Source: Mobula hypostoma (lineage: Eukaryota). From it: DNA of 64,000 nucleotides. Each line of letters opens with the position of its first letter. Positions within the stretch are counted from its first letter, which is position 1. A model generated the notes under the pieces. That model had not been told where the DNA came from, ran no database searches, and saw nothing but the letters and a program-made list of their open reading frames with translations. This document shows, piece by piece, positions 1 through 13,021 of the stretch. Where the stretch lies: contig NC_086110.1 in NCBI RefSeq assembly GCF_963921235.1, forward strand, positions 372,001-436,000, written 5' to 3'. The position numbers and the translations under genes are program-made.

Positions 1-359
1 CAATCAGCCCTTTCATCTTACTAACATTGAGTGAAAAGTTGCTCCTGCGACACCACTCAATTGCAGCTGCACGGGAACAAAGACTGTGAGCGGGAACATT
101 TCAGTTACTGCATTGATGCACATCCATGCAGCTCAGAGGGAACAGTGTAAAGGATTTGGTTTAATATTGCCACATACACTAATGTAGTGTGAAAAGTTTG
201 TGCTGCATACCGTTCATACAGATCAAATCACTACACAGTGAGGTGAGGTAGAATAAGGTAAAGTATTAACAGAATACAGAATAAAGTACAACAGCTCCAG
301 CAAAAGTTCAGTTCAGATAGTCAACAAGGAGCAAGATCATATCAACGTAGATTTTGAGG

Positions 360-790
360 TCGAAAGTCCACCTTCACACTGTTTGCAGTGCAAGAGAATG
401 CCTATGAGATGGCTGTTTGGAGCAGCTTGTGGTTGAGCCCACTAGAGAAAAGGCAATTCTGGATTAAGTGGTGTGTAATGAATCAGATTTCATTAGGGAA
501 CTGAATACAAAGGAAACCTTAGGTGGCAGTGATCAGAATATGTAAAAATTCACCCTGCAGTTTGAGATGAAGAAGATGATGTATCAATATTACAGTGGGA
601 TAAAGGGAACTACAGAGGCATGAGTGGGAAGTTGGCCAAAGATGATTGAACGGGAACACTGGGGTACAAAGAAGTGGTGGGTGTAGTCAGTAAGTATTTT
701 GTTTGCCTATTTCTGCTCCAATGTCTTATGGTCTTATTGGTAGAACTGGACCAATAGGGATGTGGTCTTCATATGATTTATGTGTGCAGC
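360..790 (+). mobile_element. Degenerate CR1-type LINE fragment (endonuclease/linker region)
   Basis: GGAAACCTTAGGTGGCAGTGATCAGAATATG...TTCACCCTGCAGTTTGAG resembles the GEHLG-SDHN segment of other CR1 copies in the window; no ORF. Confidence 0.55.
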
Positions 791-1149
791 CAGAAATGAC
801 ATGTGGTTTTAGTTGGATGGACTAAACACTTGGCTGAATGAGACTCTGACCAAAGGTGGCTTACAGTTTCCCTGGAAGTCTGACTTATTAGGGGAAATAG
901 AGTGAAAATATTCCCAAACTCATGCTAATGGAGGTGAGCGAAGCAATATGCTTGTCTTGTCTTAGCAGGAAGCCTCGCACAAATTATGGTCAATGACTAC
1001 TCTGCTGCCAGCCCTGTCTCACTGAGAACAGAGACATTTCCACTCCTGCTACTGTCATATGCCCAAAACAGACTCCTTCACCCTTCGGCCCTGCGACAGC
1101 AGAGTGAGAGAGGCCATGTGATGGTGATGCAGTGAGTGAAGTCGCATCA

Positions 1150-1480
1150 TGAATATCCCCGCTCTCCCGCTCTCTCATACACGCACTGCTTGCACCGTGC
1201 AATCTCACGTACAACCACATACACACACCCTCGCCTGCGCACATTTACATACCTGTATGCACGCACACATACAGTGCTTGCACTATGCTCTCTTATGTAC
1301 ACACATGTAGACACGTGTACATACATACATACACACACACAGACACACACCAGTGCTTACACACATGTACACATGTGTATGCATGCACACATATACTGCT
1401 TGCACCATACACTCTCATGTACACATACACATACAAGCATCCATGCATACACACATGTACATATGTAAACACACAAATGC
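1150..1480. repeat. Degenerate (CA)/(TACA)-rich simple repeat with recurring TGCTTGCAC unit
   Basis: AC-rich low complexity; the His/Thr and Val/Cys ORFs here are its translations. Confidence 0.9.
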
Positions 1481-1618
1481 ACCAGCCACATTGATGTCAG
1501 TCTCCCATGAGTGTTCTAGCTTATATGGCTATGCTCTTTTTCTTCTGAATGAGAACATCAAGATTACATTTCAGACTTGCCAGAAACGTTGTGTTCAATA
1601 GCTTCCCCGGCTCCTGCA

Positions 1619-1634
1619 TTCTATGTACCTTTCT
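1619..1634 (+). repeat. Target-site duplication, left copy (TTCTATGTACCTTTCT)
   Basis: Identical to 3671-3686. Confidence 0.92.
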
Positions 1635-3670
1635 TTCTTTATTAGTCTTTTTATTGATTTAAAAGAAACATAAGTACAAACAAGAGGAGAATTATCTCAA
1701 ATACATATATATATATACCGAGATTAAGATAGACATTATCAAAATCATACATATTGTTAAGCTAGTATAAAATATATAATAAAAATAAAGAAACCAGCGA
1801 TTCTTCTCTTATCAGTTCATGAAAAGGAAAGAAAACAGATTGAATTTTAAATGAAAAGAAAAACCACTACACTATATAAAAAAAAGAAACACACAAAAAA
1901 AGGGACTGGGCAGTCCATTTTGAGGATACGACCAAAAGAAAAGAAAGACTTTCTGATCAAATCTAAAACTTTGAAAAAAAATTGGAAGAGTAATAAATCA
2001 ATTTAAATGAAAATATTGGATAAAAGGTCACTAGATTTGCTCAAGTTTAAAGGATGTATCAAATGTCCGACTTCTTATTTTCTCTAAACTTAAACAGAAC
2101 ATAATGGAGGAGTGCCAATAAAAGACCATAGGTGGATTAGGATCTTTCCACTTCAATAAAATGGCTTTCCTAGCCAGTAAAGTCAAAAAGGCTATCATAC
2201 GTTGAGTGGAAACAGGACTATTTCCTGCTTCTGACGGGATAATCCCAAAAATTGCTGTAAGCAAATTAAGTTGTAGATCCAGATCCAAGACTTTTGTTAG
2301 CATTTTAAAAACATCTCTCCAAAAGTTATTTAGCTTTATACAAGTCTAAGACACATGAGTTAAAGTGGCCACCTCAATATTACATCTATCACAAATAGGA
2401 TTGATATTGGAAAAAATACAGGCTAGTTTATCCTTTGACATATGGGCCCGATGCTCTACCTTGAACTGTATCAAGGAAGAACGTGTACAAATAAATGAGT
2501 TATTAGCCAAATGAAAAATTTTACTTCATTGATTATCTGAAAATGACTCTTGAGATTCCAATTCCCAAGCATGTTTAATTTTATCATTAGGCATCATTCG
2601 TGATCTCAATAACCTTTTATAAATTACAGCTATCAACCCTCTTTGAAATGGTTTAAACTGAAAGAGAGCATCTGTCATATTAGGTGGATAAGCAGAAGGT
2701 AATTTGGCAACAAACCATGTAAAAAATTCCCAAATTGTAAATATCTAAAAAAGTGTACATTAGGTAAATCATATTTATTCACGAACTGAGAAAAGACATT
2801 AAACAGTCCCCTAAAAACAAATCTGAAAATGTTATCATTCCCTTAGTTTTCCAAGTTAAAAAGGCCTTATCCAAAATTGATGGTTTAAGAAATATTGAGA
2901 TGGATATTACTAGAAAAATAAAATTATTTAACTCAAAAAATCTACGAAACTGAAACCAAATTCTTAAAATATGTTTAATAATGGGATTAAAATTTGTTAG
3001 TTTATATTTCAGATCCTAGGAAATCGATTCTTTCTATGTTATTTATATTTTCTGAATTTAGTAGTTTTTCTGGGTATAAATTAAATTTACATAAAAGTGA
3101 GTTATTTCCTATTAATAATTACTTGGATCCAAATCATCAAGTACCTTTTAGTATTGCTAAAAATTACTTTACCTACCTTGGTATTAAAATTATTAAACAT
3201 TTTAAGGATCTCTAAAAATATAATTTTTTCCATTAATTGACTACACCGAACAAATGCTTTTTAAATGGTCGCCTATGACAATATCATTAATAGGTCGAAT
3301 TAATGCTTTTAAAATGATAGTTCTACCGAAATTCTTATATATATTTCGGGCAGTTCCTTCTTTTGTTCCTAAAAAGTTCTTTGCCAGAATAGATTCTATA
3401 TCCTTATCTTATATTTGGAACAATAAAAATCTTAAATTTTTATTATTGAGGAACCGTTATTGCGGAAATTAAAAAAAAGGATGGTGGCATGGCTTTGCCT
3501 AATTTTAGAACGATTAATATTCAGTATATTACCTTTTGGATTCACTATTCGGGTATACATGAATGTCCTTCATGTTTGGAATTGGAGGAAAACTCGGTGA
3601 AAGTATTCTCTTTGGCCTCCTTACTGGGAGCTCTCCTTCCCTTTTTGTTTTCTAAGATTAGTGGCCAAGT
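1635..3670 (-). mobile_element. 5'-truncated, 5'-inverted L1-clade LINE (minus-strand 3' segment ~1635-3000; inverted plus-strand RT segment ~2994-3670)
   Basis: ORF2 C-terminus on minus (ARKAILLKWK...LEKI); RT segment on plus (LLVYISDP...FSGYKLNLHKSE; KMIVLPKFLYIF); identical 16-bp flanking direct repeats. Confidence 0.9.
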
Positions 3671-3686
3671 TTCTATGTACCTTTCT
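3671..3686 (+). repeat. Target-site duplication, right copy (TTCTATGTACCTTTCT)
   Basis: Identical to 1619-1634. Confidence 0.92.
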
Positions 3687-4009
3687 ACACCAGAAGGAAA
3701 TGTTCGGTACAGAATATAATTATCAAGTCAGTACTTTGAGATTTACAAAGTACACATCATATAATGTATGTGAAAGGCAAAAAATGGGGACATGAAATGC
3801 TCTGGCAAACAGAATTAAAAAGCATTAAAAAACTTCAATACATATTTTAGAAGCAAAAAGATAGATAAGGGAAGAGTAGGTCCAGTCAGGGACAAAAAGG
3901 GAAGTCTTTGAGTAGAAGCAGGGCATAATGTGTCATGTCCTGAGTGAATACTTTCTATCAGTATACACCAGCAAGAAGGATGAGGAGGATAGGGAGTTAG
4001 GGAGGTGTA

Positions 4010-4900
4010 CACTGATAGTCTGCAACATGTGTGTCAGCAACAAAGAGATGTGAAAGTTATTGACGCATATTAAGCTAGACAAATCCCCATGACGTGATGA
4101 AATCTATCTCAGGGTGTTGTGGAGAGCAAGGAAGGAGTTTGCCTGGGCTCAAAGTGAGGTTTTTGTCTCACATTTAGTCATTGATTTGGTACTGGAAGGC
4201 TGGAGGATATCGAACCTAGTCAAGAGGACGTTAGGATTAGGTAAGAAAATTGCAGGCAGGTGAACGTTACATTAGCCAGAGGGAAACTAGTGAAAAAAAA
4301 ATCACTGGAATAAGATTTATGATCACTTGGAATGGCAGGGATGGATCAAGGGGTCAACATGATTTTATGCATGGGAAATCCCGCTATTTTAATTGAGCTT
4401 TTAGAGGAAGTGGTGAAGAAATTTGATGCAGGCAAGGCTGTCTACGTGTCTATGCGGGTCTTAGCAAGGCTTTAGACAGGGCCAGAAAATTTGCACACAT
4501 ACGATCCAGGGTGTTTTTGGCAAATTGGATCCAAAACTCGCTAGGTGACAGCATGCAAGTTGTAGTGAGGTTTGAGTTCCTGAAAGAACATCTGCAACCT
4601 GCAGTGTAGTGCAGGGATTGATAACAGGGCCTCTGTTGCTTGCAGTACACATAAATGACTTGAATAAGGATGACTCTAATCTTATAAGTAAATTTATTCA
4701 TGTCTAGAAGATTGCTGGAATTGTACATGGTAAAAAATGGTTACCAAGGGAGGTAGAGAGACTATCTGCTGAAAAGTTGGGCAGAGCAGTGGCAGGTGGA
4801 AAAGTGTGAAAAAACTTATTTTGGATCACATAGTACTGGATGAATGTACACACTACTGACAGTGAGATTAGAAGCTTTGATTTACAGAGGGACCAGCACT
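4010..4900 (+). mobile_element. Highly degenerate CR1 RT fragment
   Basis: Remnants of VDVVYMDFSKAFDKV and FINDLD coding sequence; many stops. Confidence 0.65.
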
Positions 4901-5310
4901 GAACATAATCATACCCTCAGTTCTAATCAATAGGCTCCAAAACCAGGGTCTCTGTACCTCTCTCTGCAAATGGATCCTTGACTTTCTCACTGGGAAATCC
5001 ACAGTCCATGTGGATCAGAACTAACATCTGTTCCTCACTGACAGTCAACACGGACACACGTCAAGGATTTCTGCCTAGCCCACTGCTCTACTCTATCTTC
5101 ATCAGCAGCCTCCCCTCCATGGGCTCTGTCAATACTTCTCACCATCGTGGTAAAGCAGTATCAAAGACCCCAACCACCCTGGACATTTTCTCCTCTCTCC
5201 TCTTCTATTGCACAGAAGATATAAAACCTTGAAACATGTACCACCAGCCTCAAGGACCGTTGCTATCCTGCATTTTAAAAACAATTGAATAGGTCCCTAT
5301 ACAATGACAT
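4900..5310 (+). mobile_element. Rex1/Babar-type LINE fragment
   Basis: ORF 4978-5232 (SLTVNTDTRQGFLPSPLLYS) matches the [15 protein letters not shown] motif of the other Rex1 copies. Confidence 0.65.
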
Positions 5311-5322
5311 GAGGATCAACGA

Positions 5323-7290
5323 TCATAGAAACCATAGAAAAACTACAGCACAGAAACAGGCCTTTTGGCCCTTCTTGGCTATGCCGAACCATTTTCTGCC
5401 TAGTCCCACTGACCTGCACACAGACCATATCCCTCCATACACCTCCCAACCATGTACCTGTCCAATTTATTCTTAAATGTTAAAAATGAACCCGCATTTA
5501 CCACCTCGTCTGGCAGCTCATTCCACACTCCCACCACTCTATGTGAAGAAGCCACTCCCCTAATGTTCCCTTTAAACTTTTCCCCCTTCACCCTTAACCC
5601 ATGTCCTCTGGTTTTTCTCTCCCCTTGCCTCAGTGGAAAAAGCCTGCTTGCATTCACTCTATCTATACACATCATAATTTTATATACCTCTATCAAATCT
5701 CCCCTCATTCTTCTACGCTCCAGGGTTTAAAGCCCTAACCTATTCAACCTTTCTCTGTAACTGAGTTTTTCATGTCCTGGCAACATCCTTGTAAACCTTC
5801 TCTGCACTCTTTCAACCTTATTTATATCCTTCCTGTAATTTGGTGACCAAAACTGAACACAATACTCCAGATTCGGCCTCAGCAATGCCTTATACAACCT
5901 CATCATAACATTCCAGCTCTTATACTCAATACTTTGATTAATAAAGGCCAATGTACCAAAAGCTCACTTTACGACCCTATCTACCCGTGACGCCACTTTT
6001 AGGGAATTTTGTATCTGTATTCCCAGATTCCTCTGTTCTACTGCACTCCTCAGTGCCTTACCATTTACCCTGTATGTTCTACCTTGGTTTGTCCTTCCAA
6101 AGTGCAATACTCACACTTGTCTGTATAAACTCCATCTGCCATTTTTCAGCCCATTTTTCCAGCTGGTTCAAATCCCTCTGCAAGCTTTGAGAACTTTCCT
6201 CACTGTCCACTACACCTCCAATCTTTGTATCATCAGCAAATTTGCTGATCCAGTTTACCACATTATCATCCAGATCATTGATATAGATGACAAATAACAA
6301 TGGACCCAGCACTGATTCCTGTGGCACACCACTAGTCACAGGCCTCCACTCTGAGAAGCAATGCTCTGCTACCACTCTTTGGCTTCTTCCATTGAGCCAA
6401 TGTCTAGTCCAATTTACCACCTCTCCATGTATACCTAGCGACTGAATTTTCCTAACTAACCTCCCATGCGGGACCTTGTCAAAGGCTTTACTGAAGTCCA
6501 TGTAGACAATATCCACTGCCTTCCCTTCATCCACTTTCCTGGTAACCTCCTCAAAAAACTCAAATAGGTTGGTCAAACATGACCTACCACGCACAAAGCC
6601 ATGTTGACTCTCCCTAATAAGTCCCTGTCTATCCAAATGCTTTTAAATTCTGTCTCTTAGTACTCCCTCCAATAACTTCCCACTACCAACGTCAAACTTA
6701 CTGGCCTATAATTTCCCAGATTACTTTTCGATCCTTTTTTAAACAATGGAACAACATGAGCCATTCACCAATCCTCAGGCACCTCACCCGTAGACACCGA
6801 CATTTTAAATATATCTGCCAGGGCCCCTGCAATTTCAACACTAGTCTCCTTCAAGGTCCGACGGAATCCCCTGTCAGGTCCTGGGGATTTATCCACTTTA
6901 ATTTGCTTCAAGATAGCAAGCACCTCCTCCTTTTCAATCTGTACAGTTTCCATGATCTCACTAGTTGTTTCCCTTAAATCCATAGACTTGATGCCAGTTT
7001 CCTTAGTAAATACAGACGCAAAAAAAAAAACATTTAAGATCTCCCCCATTTCTTTTGGTTCCGCACATAGCTGACTACTCTGATCTTCAAGAGGACCCAT
7101 TTTATCCCTTACAATCCTTTTACTCATAATATACCTGTAAAAGCTCTTTGGATTATCCTTCACTTTGACTGCCAAGGCAACCTCATGTCTTCTTTTAGCC
7201 CTCCTGATTTCCTTCTTAAGTATTTTCTTGCACTTTTTATACTCCTCATGCAGCTTATTTACTCCCTGTTTCTTATACATGTCATACAAC
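5323..7290 (-). mobile_element. CR1/HER1-type LINE, 5'-truncated ORF2 with 3' microsatellite tail
   Basis: ORFs 6765-7289, 6079-6636, 5727-5951 and 5400-5708 carry CR1 RT motifs (YMDFSKAFDKVPH, FADDTK, RPNLEYCVQFWSP); CATAGAAAC tail repeats at ~5323. Confidence 0.92.
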
Positions 7291-7839
7291 TCTCTCTTCT
7301 TCTTTATTTCTTTACTTTATTTTCTTTATTTCCTGTATTCATTTTCAAAATTGGTCCTCTGGATGATAAGGGTGGTTATTCAGTGTGTGAGCCAAAAGAG
7401 ATGGGCGAGATCTCAAATGGATTTGATGTTAAATTGTACATCACGGAGTCAGGCTGTTTAGGGGCAAGGGGTGATGCTTCAAAAAGTACATTAATACCAT
7501 TTGTCCCCATTCTATGCCTCAGCAATTCAAGTACTTATTGACATGTTTTTTTAAATGTTCTTTGCATTCCTTTATTTCATTTAATTGCCTTCAATTTCCC
7601 AACAGTTGAACAACTTTCATTAAGATGTCTATTTGAAACATCTTGTAATGTTATGATCCCAACATGACAGCCAATAGCTGCACCAACTTCCTATATTAAG
7701 TTGGTACCATCTGTTTCACTGGTACTGTTCAAAAACCCAGTCATCATGATTTTCCCATTGTTTGGAACAAAGTTCCAAAGATGGAGCCAAGGTGGTTCCC
7801 CTGAAAGGAAAGCTTAACACATGAGGAGTGTTTCATATG

Positions 7840-8480
7840 TCTGTGAGCATACTTGATGGAGGTTAGAAGGAAGTGAAGGGAGTTCAATGAAACCTGCTGG
7901 ATTTGGATAAGCCTGGATAGACTGGATGTATGGAAAATGTTTCTATAAGAGGTAACGTTCGTAAGGGAAGGATGGGACCAGAAGATAGATGTCAGGATAA
8001 GTAATGAAAGGCAAAATTGAAATAACAGGTATAATTGGAAGTGAAAGAGAGGATGGAGATGAACAAATAATCACGGACAATATTACAGCTGCACTCAGTG
8101 GAGGCATAATGGAAGGGTCAGAAACTGAGTCTATTTGTGTGGAACTCGGGAATAGGAAGGGTGCAATCACACTGATGGGACCCCCTAATAACCACCGGGA
8201 ATTTGAGGAACAGATATGTAATCAGATTAAGGAAATGGGTAAACATAATCAGGCTGTTGTCATGGGGAATTTCAATTTCTCTAATATAAATCTCTAAGAG
8301 ATTTAGATGGGCTGAGTTTGTTAAGTCTATCCAGGAAGGTTTCTTCAGTCCAACAAGAGAAAGTGCTTTACTGGAACTGATGTTGGGTAATGAACCTAGT
8401 CAGGTGACTGACCTTTCAGTGGGTGAACAGTTAGGGAATAGTGATCAGAACTCCGTAACTCTCAGGATAGCTATAGATAA
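7840..8480 (+). mobile_element. Degenerate CR1 fragments (3' end plus endonuclease)
   Basis: ORF 8004-8297 ends ESICVELGNRKGAITLMG...VVMGNFNF, the CR1 APE domain. Confidence 0.75.
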
Positions 8481-9856
8481 AGTTGCCCCTCATATTCTCA
8501 CGGCTGCGTGAACCCAGATCCAGCCCCTCTCCGCCTTTCAACATACGGAGAACAGAGGCAGTGGCCCGGAACCCGGAGCCCGGAGCACGCTGCTGACACC
8601 CGAAGTCTGCGCTCCTGATTCTTGTGGGCAGCTTTGTGTTCCCGGTTTCGGTGGGAGGGCGCGCACAAATTGTTCACCGCACGAAGGTGAATGCGGAAGT
8701 GGAGGAAACGTGTCTCTTGAAAGGTAAAGCCGAAAGTTGTTAAGGGATAGAAGCTTGACTTTAGTCGACCTATCAATAAAAATCACAGTTTTAAAGAGGG
8801 TGAAGTAGCAGCGGTTACATATTTGTACTCGTTGAAAGCAGAGTGTGGTTAAAATATACGAAGTTCAAGGCTTCATAGACAGCAATGCAGAGTGCAAGAA
8901 CAATAAAAAAGATACTGCATGGCTTTCTAACCTCCCTTATTTGTGGCATCCAGAACTGTGGCCACCTTAAATGTGGTAGAGTCACTTTGATATAAAACCA
9001 TGCAACGTCTTTTTCACTCGGCATTGCTACCTATGAGGCCTTGAACTTCTTGTATTTTAACCACACTCTATTTTCAATGAACTATGCAAATACAGCCACT
9101 GTTCTCCTCCGTGCTCCTGACCGCAATTTACATACCACCAGTGGCCGACTATAATGCAGCGCTTTCGATACGGCATGATGCAGTCTCGAAACAAGAAACA
9201 CTTCACCCCGACGCATTTCAAACCATAGTCCAACACTTCAACCAGACATTTGAAGAAAATCCTGCCCAATTACTATCAGCATATCCACTTTAGCAACCGA
9301 GGTCCCAGCATACTTAACCACTGTTATACGAAGATAGGGGATGCCTACCGTCCCATGCCAGAACGGTACTTCGAGACATCTGATCACATTGTCCTACCTG
9401 CATACCGGCAGAGGCTAAAGAGTAAAGCCTCAGAGATGGGGAAAACACATCTCTGGAGGCAGAGCCGTTCGCGGGAGGCAAAGGAGCGACTGTGGGATTG
9501 CTTCGAGCTAGTGGAGTGGGCCATATTCAAGGACTCATCTAGAGATCTGAATGAATACACCAATAGTTGTAACAGACTTTATTAGTGGCAGTCTTGAATA
9601 CTATCATCTCTTATAAAGCTGAATCACGCGACCTAGGAGAGAGTCGGGCTTCACTTCCGGATGAGCTCAATGCCTTGTATGCTCGCTTTGACCATCAGAA
9701 CCTGGAGGAAACATCACGGACTTCAACATTCCCGGATGATGCTATAATTTCAGTCTCTGAATCCGATGTGTGAGCAGCCTTCGGGAAGGCGAACCCACGG
9801 AAAATATTCGGCCCACGTGCTGTACCTGGCCAAGTACCAAAGACACCTGTTGTGAT

Positions 9857-10862
9857 AGGCAGCTGGGGGAGGGGGCAGATTGACATAAGGATAGGGGAAG
9901 GGAGGTTCAACAGGGACAGAGTTCCCCTTGTCCTCACCTACCACCCCACCAACCTCCGGATCCAGCACATTATCCTCTGCAACTTCCACCACCTTCAACA
10001 GGACCCCACAACTAAGCACATCTTTCCCTCTCCACCCCTCTCCACTTTCCGCAGGGATCGGTCCCTCCACGACTCCTGGTCCACATGTCCCTCCCCACGG
10101 ATCTCCCACCTGGCACTTATTCCTGTAAGCCTAAGTGCTGTACCGGTCCCTCCACCTCCTCTCCTGCCACTATTCAGGGCCCCAAACAGTCCTTCCAAGT
10201 GAGGCAACACTTCACTGCTGAGTCTGATGGGGTCATCTATCGCATCCGGTGCTCCCGGTGCGGCCTCCTCTACATCGGTGAAACCCGACGCAGATTGGGG
10301 GACCGCTTCGTCGAGCACCTCCGCTCTGTCTGCCACAACAGACAGGATCTCCCGGTTGCCACCCACTTCCACTCTGCTTCACATTCCCATTTCGATATGT
10401 CCATACATGGCCTCCTCTACTGCCATGATGAGGCTAAACTCAGGTTGGAGGAGTAACACCTCATATACCGTCTAGGTAGTCTCCAGCCCCTTGGTATGAA
10501 CATAGAATTCTCCAACTTCCAGTGATTCACTGCCTCTCCCTTCTCCTATCCCTATGTCACTCTGCCCCCTCCCCCAGCTGCCTATCACCTCCCTCATGGT
10601 CCTGCCTCCTTCTACTACCCATTGTGTTTTCCCCTATTCTTTCTTCACCTTTCCTGTCTATCACCTCCCTGCCTCCCTTCCCCTACCCCTTTGTCTTTCC
10701 CCTTACTGGTTCTTCAACTGGAACCTACCAGCCTTCTCCTTCCCACTCTCCCCCACCATGTTTATAGGGCCTCGGTCCCTTCTCTCTACAGTGCTGACGA
10801 AGGGTTCCCGCCCGAAACGTCGACCGATCTTTTCCACGGATGCTGCCCGACCTGCTGAGTTC
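9857..10862 (+). mobile_element. Penelope-like element 3' part (GIY-YIG endonuclease plus terminal repeat), nested in Rex1
   Basis: ORF 10085-10456 VIYRIRCSRCGLLYIGETRRRLGDRFVEH; Rex1 sequence ...TGTGAT resumes as GATCAACTGGCT at 10863. Confidence 0.9.
10789..10826 (+). ncRNA. Degenerate minimal type-I hammerhead ribozyme motif in the Penelope terminal repeat
   Basis: CAGTG-CTGACGA-AGGGTTCCCGCCC-GAAA-CGTC-GACCG: core CUGANGA/GAAA, stem II GGG/CCC, palindromic ACGT helix III, GUC site; helix I has 2 mismatches. Confidence 0.65.
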
Positions 10863-12794
10863 GATCAACTGGCTGGGGGGTTTATTGAGATCTGTAACCT
10901 CTCGCTTCAGCAGTGTGTGGTACAGCCCCACCCCCCACCCCCACGCTTCAAGCAGGCTTAAATTATACCGGCGCCGAAGAAGAGCGTGGTGACCAATCCC
11001 AATGGCTATCGCCCGGTAGCACTTACATCCACAGTGATGAAGTGTTTTGAGAGGTTGGTGATGAAATACAGCAACTCCTGCCTGAAAAGAGCCTTAGATG
11101 GGCTTCAATATGTCTACCAGAGCAATAGTTCCAAAGCAGATGCCATCTCATTGGCTTTTCACTCAACCCTGGAACATCCGGACAGCAAAGACACATAAAT
11201 CAGGATGCTCTCTATTGAGTATTGCTCAGCATTTAATGCTATAATCCCCCCAAACCAATCAATTAGATCCAAGACTTTGGCCTCAATACTTTCTTGTGCA
11301 ATTAGGTCCTGAATTTCCTCACTTGTAGACCCCAGTCAGTTCGAATTAACAACAACATTTCCTGCACAATCCCCATCAGCACAGGTGCACCACAAGGCTG
11401 TGTGCTTAGTCCCCTGCTGGACTCGCTTTACTCTGATGTCTGTGTGGCTAAGTACAGCTCCAGTGACGTATTCAAGTTTGCTGACGGCGCCACTGTTGTA
11501 GGACGAATCCAAGGTAGAAGATTGAACGTCTGGCTGAGTGGTGTCTTAACATCAACCTCCCATTCAATGTCAGCAGGATCAAGGAGCTGAGTATAGACTT
11601 CGGGAGAAGGAAACCAGAGTCCATGAGCCTGCCCTCATCGGTGGATCAGAGGCGGAGAGGGTCAGCAACTTTAAATTCCCAGATATTTTTATTTCTGAGG
11701 ACCTGTCCTGGGTCCCGCATGTAGGTGCACTTATGACAAAAGCATGATAGCGCCTCTGCTTCTTTGGAGACTGCGGAGATTCGGCCTAACATCTGGAACT
11801 CTGAGACGCTTCTATAAATGTGTAGTGATGACTATACTGACTGGCTGCATCACAGCCTGGTATGGAAGCACCAATACCCTTGAGTGAACAATCCTAGAAA
11901 AAGTAATGGATACGGCTCAGCCCTTCCAACCATTCAGCACACCTACAGGAAACAATGTCGCAGGAAGGCCCAGCCACCAATAGCGACCCCCACAACCCAG
12001 GACATGCTCTCTTCTCGCTGCTATCATTAGGAAGAAGGTACAAAAGCCTCGCATTATCAGGTTAAGAAACAATTACTGTTCCTCAACCATCGGGTGGTGA
12101 ACCAAAGGGGATAAATTCACGCCTCATCGTTAAACCGTTCCCATAAGCAATCGATTCACTTTCAAGGACTCTTTATCTCATGTTCTCGATACTTATTTGC
12201 TTATTTATGTATTATTATTGTTTCTTTTTTGCCTTTGCAGTTTGCTGTCGCCTGCATATTAGTTGAACGTCCTAGTTGGGCGATCTTTCATTGATTCTGT
12301 TAGTTATTATTCTGTAAATTTGTTGAGTATGCCCAGAAGAAAATTAATCTCCGGGTTGTATATCCTTTAATAATAAATTTACTTTGAAATTTTGTACTCT
12401 AGTGAAACATGCGCCACACGTTTAGACTATCCAAGCCTTTCCAAATCCGATAGCGTTCACTGAACTCCCCTCACTTCCTCCTAAGCTCCATCGAGTACCT
12501 TAACAGACATCTCAAACGCTCCTCATTCCTGGGATCACTGTTGTTTCAGCTTAGGAACTTGCGTATAAACAGCGGTATAATCATAACGACTAGGCTTTTT
12601 TTTTAAACGAATTTAATATAGGAAAACGATGCATTTTTAGACTGTCTTGTTGGGATCGTAAAATTACAGGATTTTTCAAATAGGCGTGTTAATGAAAGAT
12701 GCAGTCAATTTACAGTCAACTGCAAGGAAACGAAGGCAATTGAATGAATAAACAGAAAGAAAGAAATGTAATAACATTTTCACTGATTGATCTG

Positions 12795-13021
12795 CTGCAC
12801 TGAGTAGGTCGCTGGGGCCCTCTGAGCCCAGCAACAAGCTAATTAACCATAGCCTAATGACGAGGCCGTCTCTGGACTCTGTGAGGACACTGGCACACCC
12901 AGAGGAAACCCATGAGGTTACTAGGAGAACAAGGAAACTCTCCACAGGCAGCGGCAGAAATGGAATCGGGGTCACTGGTACAGTAAAACATTGTGTCAAC
13001 CATTATGCTTCCGTGCCGCCC
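12795..13021 (-). mobile_element. tRNA-derived SINE (V-SINE/HE1-like), degenerate
   Basis: Minus strand begins GGCGGCACGG...GACCCCGATTCC (A/B-box-like) and contains the GGGTTTCCTCTGGGTG core. Confidence 0.75.

Larger units (their letters stand above)
8850..12380 (+). mobile_element. Rex1/Babar-type LINE, degenerate, interrupted by a Penelope-like element
   Basis: [48 protein letters not shown]...[11 protein letters not shown]. Confidence 0.85.

Noticed and set aside
990-1601. His/Thr- and Val/Cys-rich ORFs
   Set aside because: Translations of a CA-rich simple repeat.
7380-7560. VLELLRHRMGTN... frame resembling a retroviral env segment
   Set aside because: Similarity too weak, frames interrupted, no CX6CC or other support.
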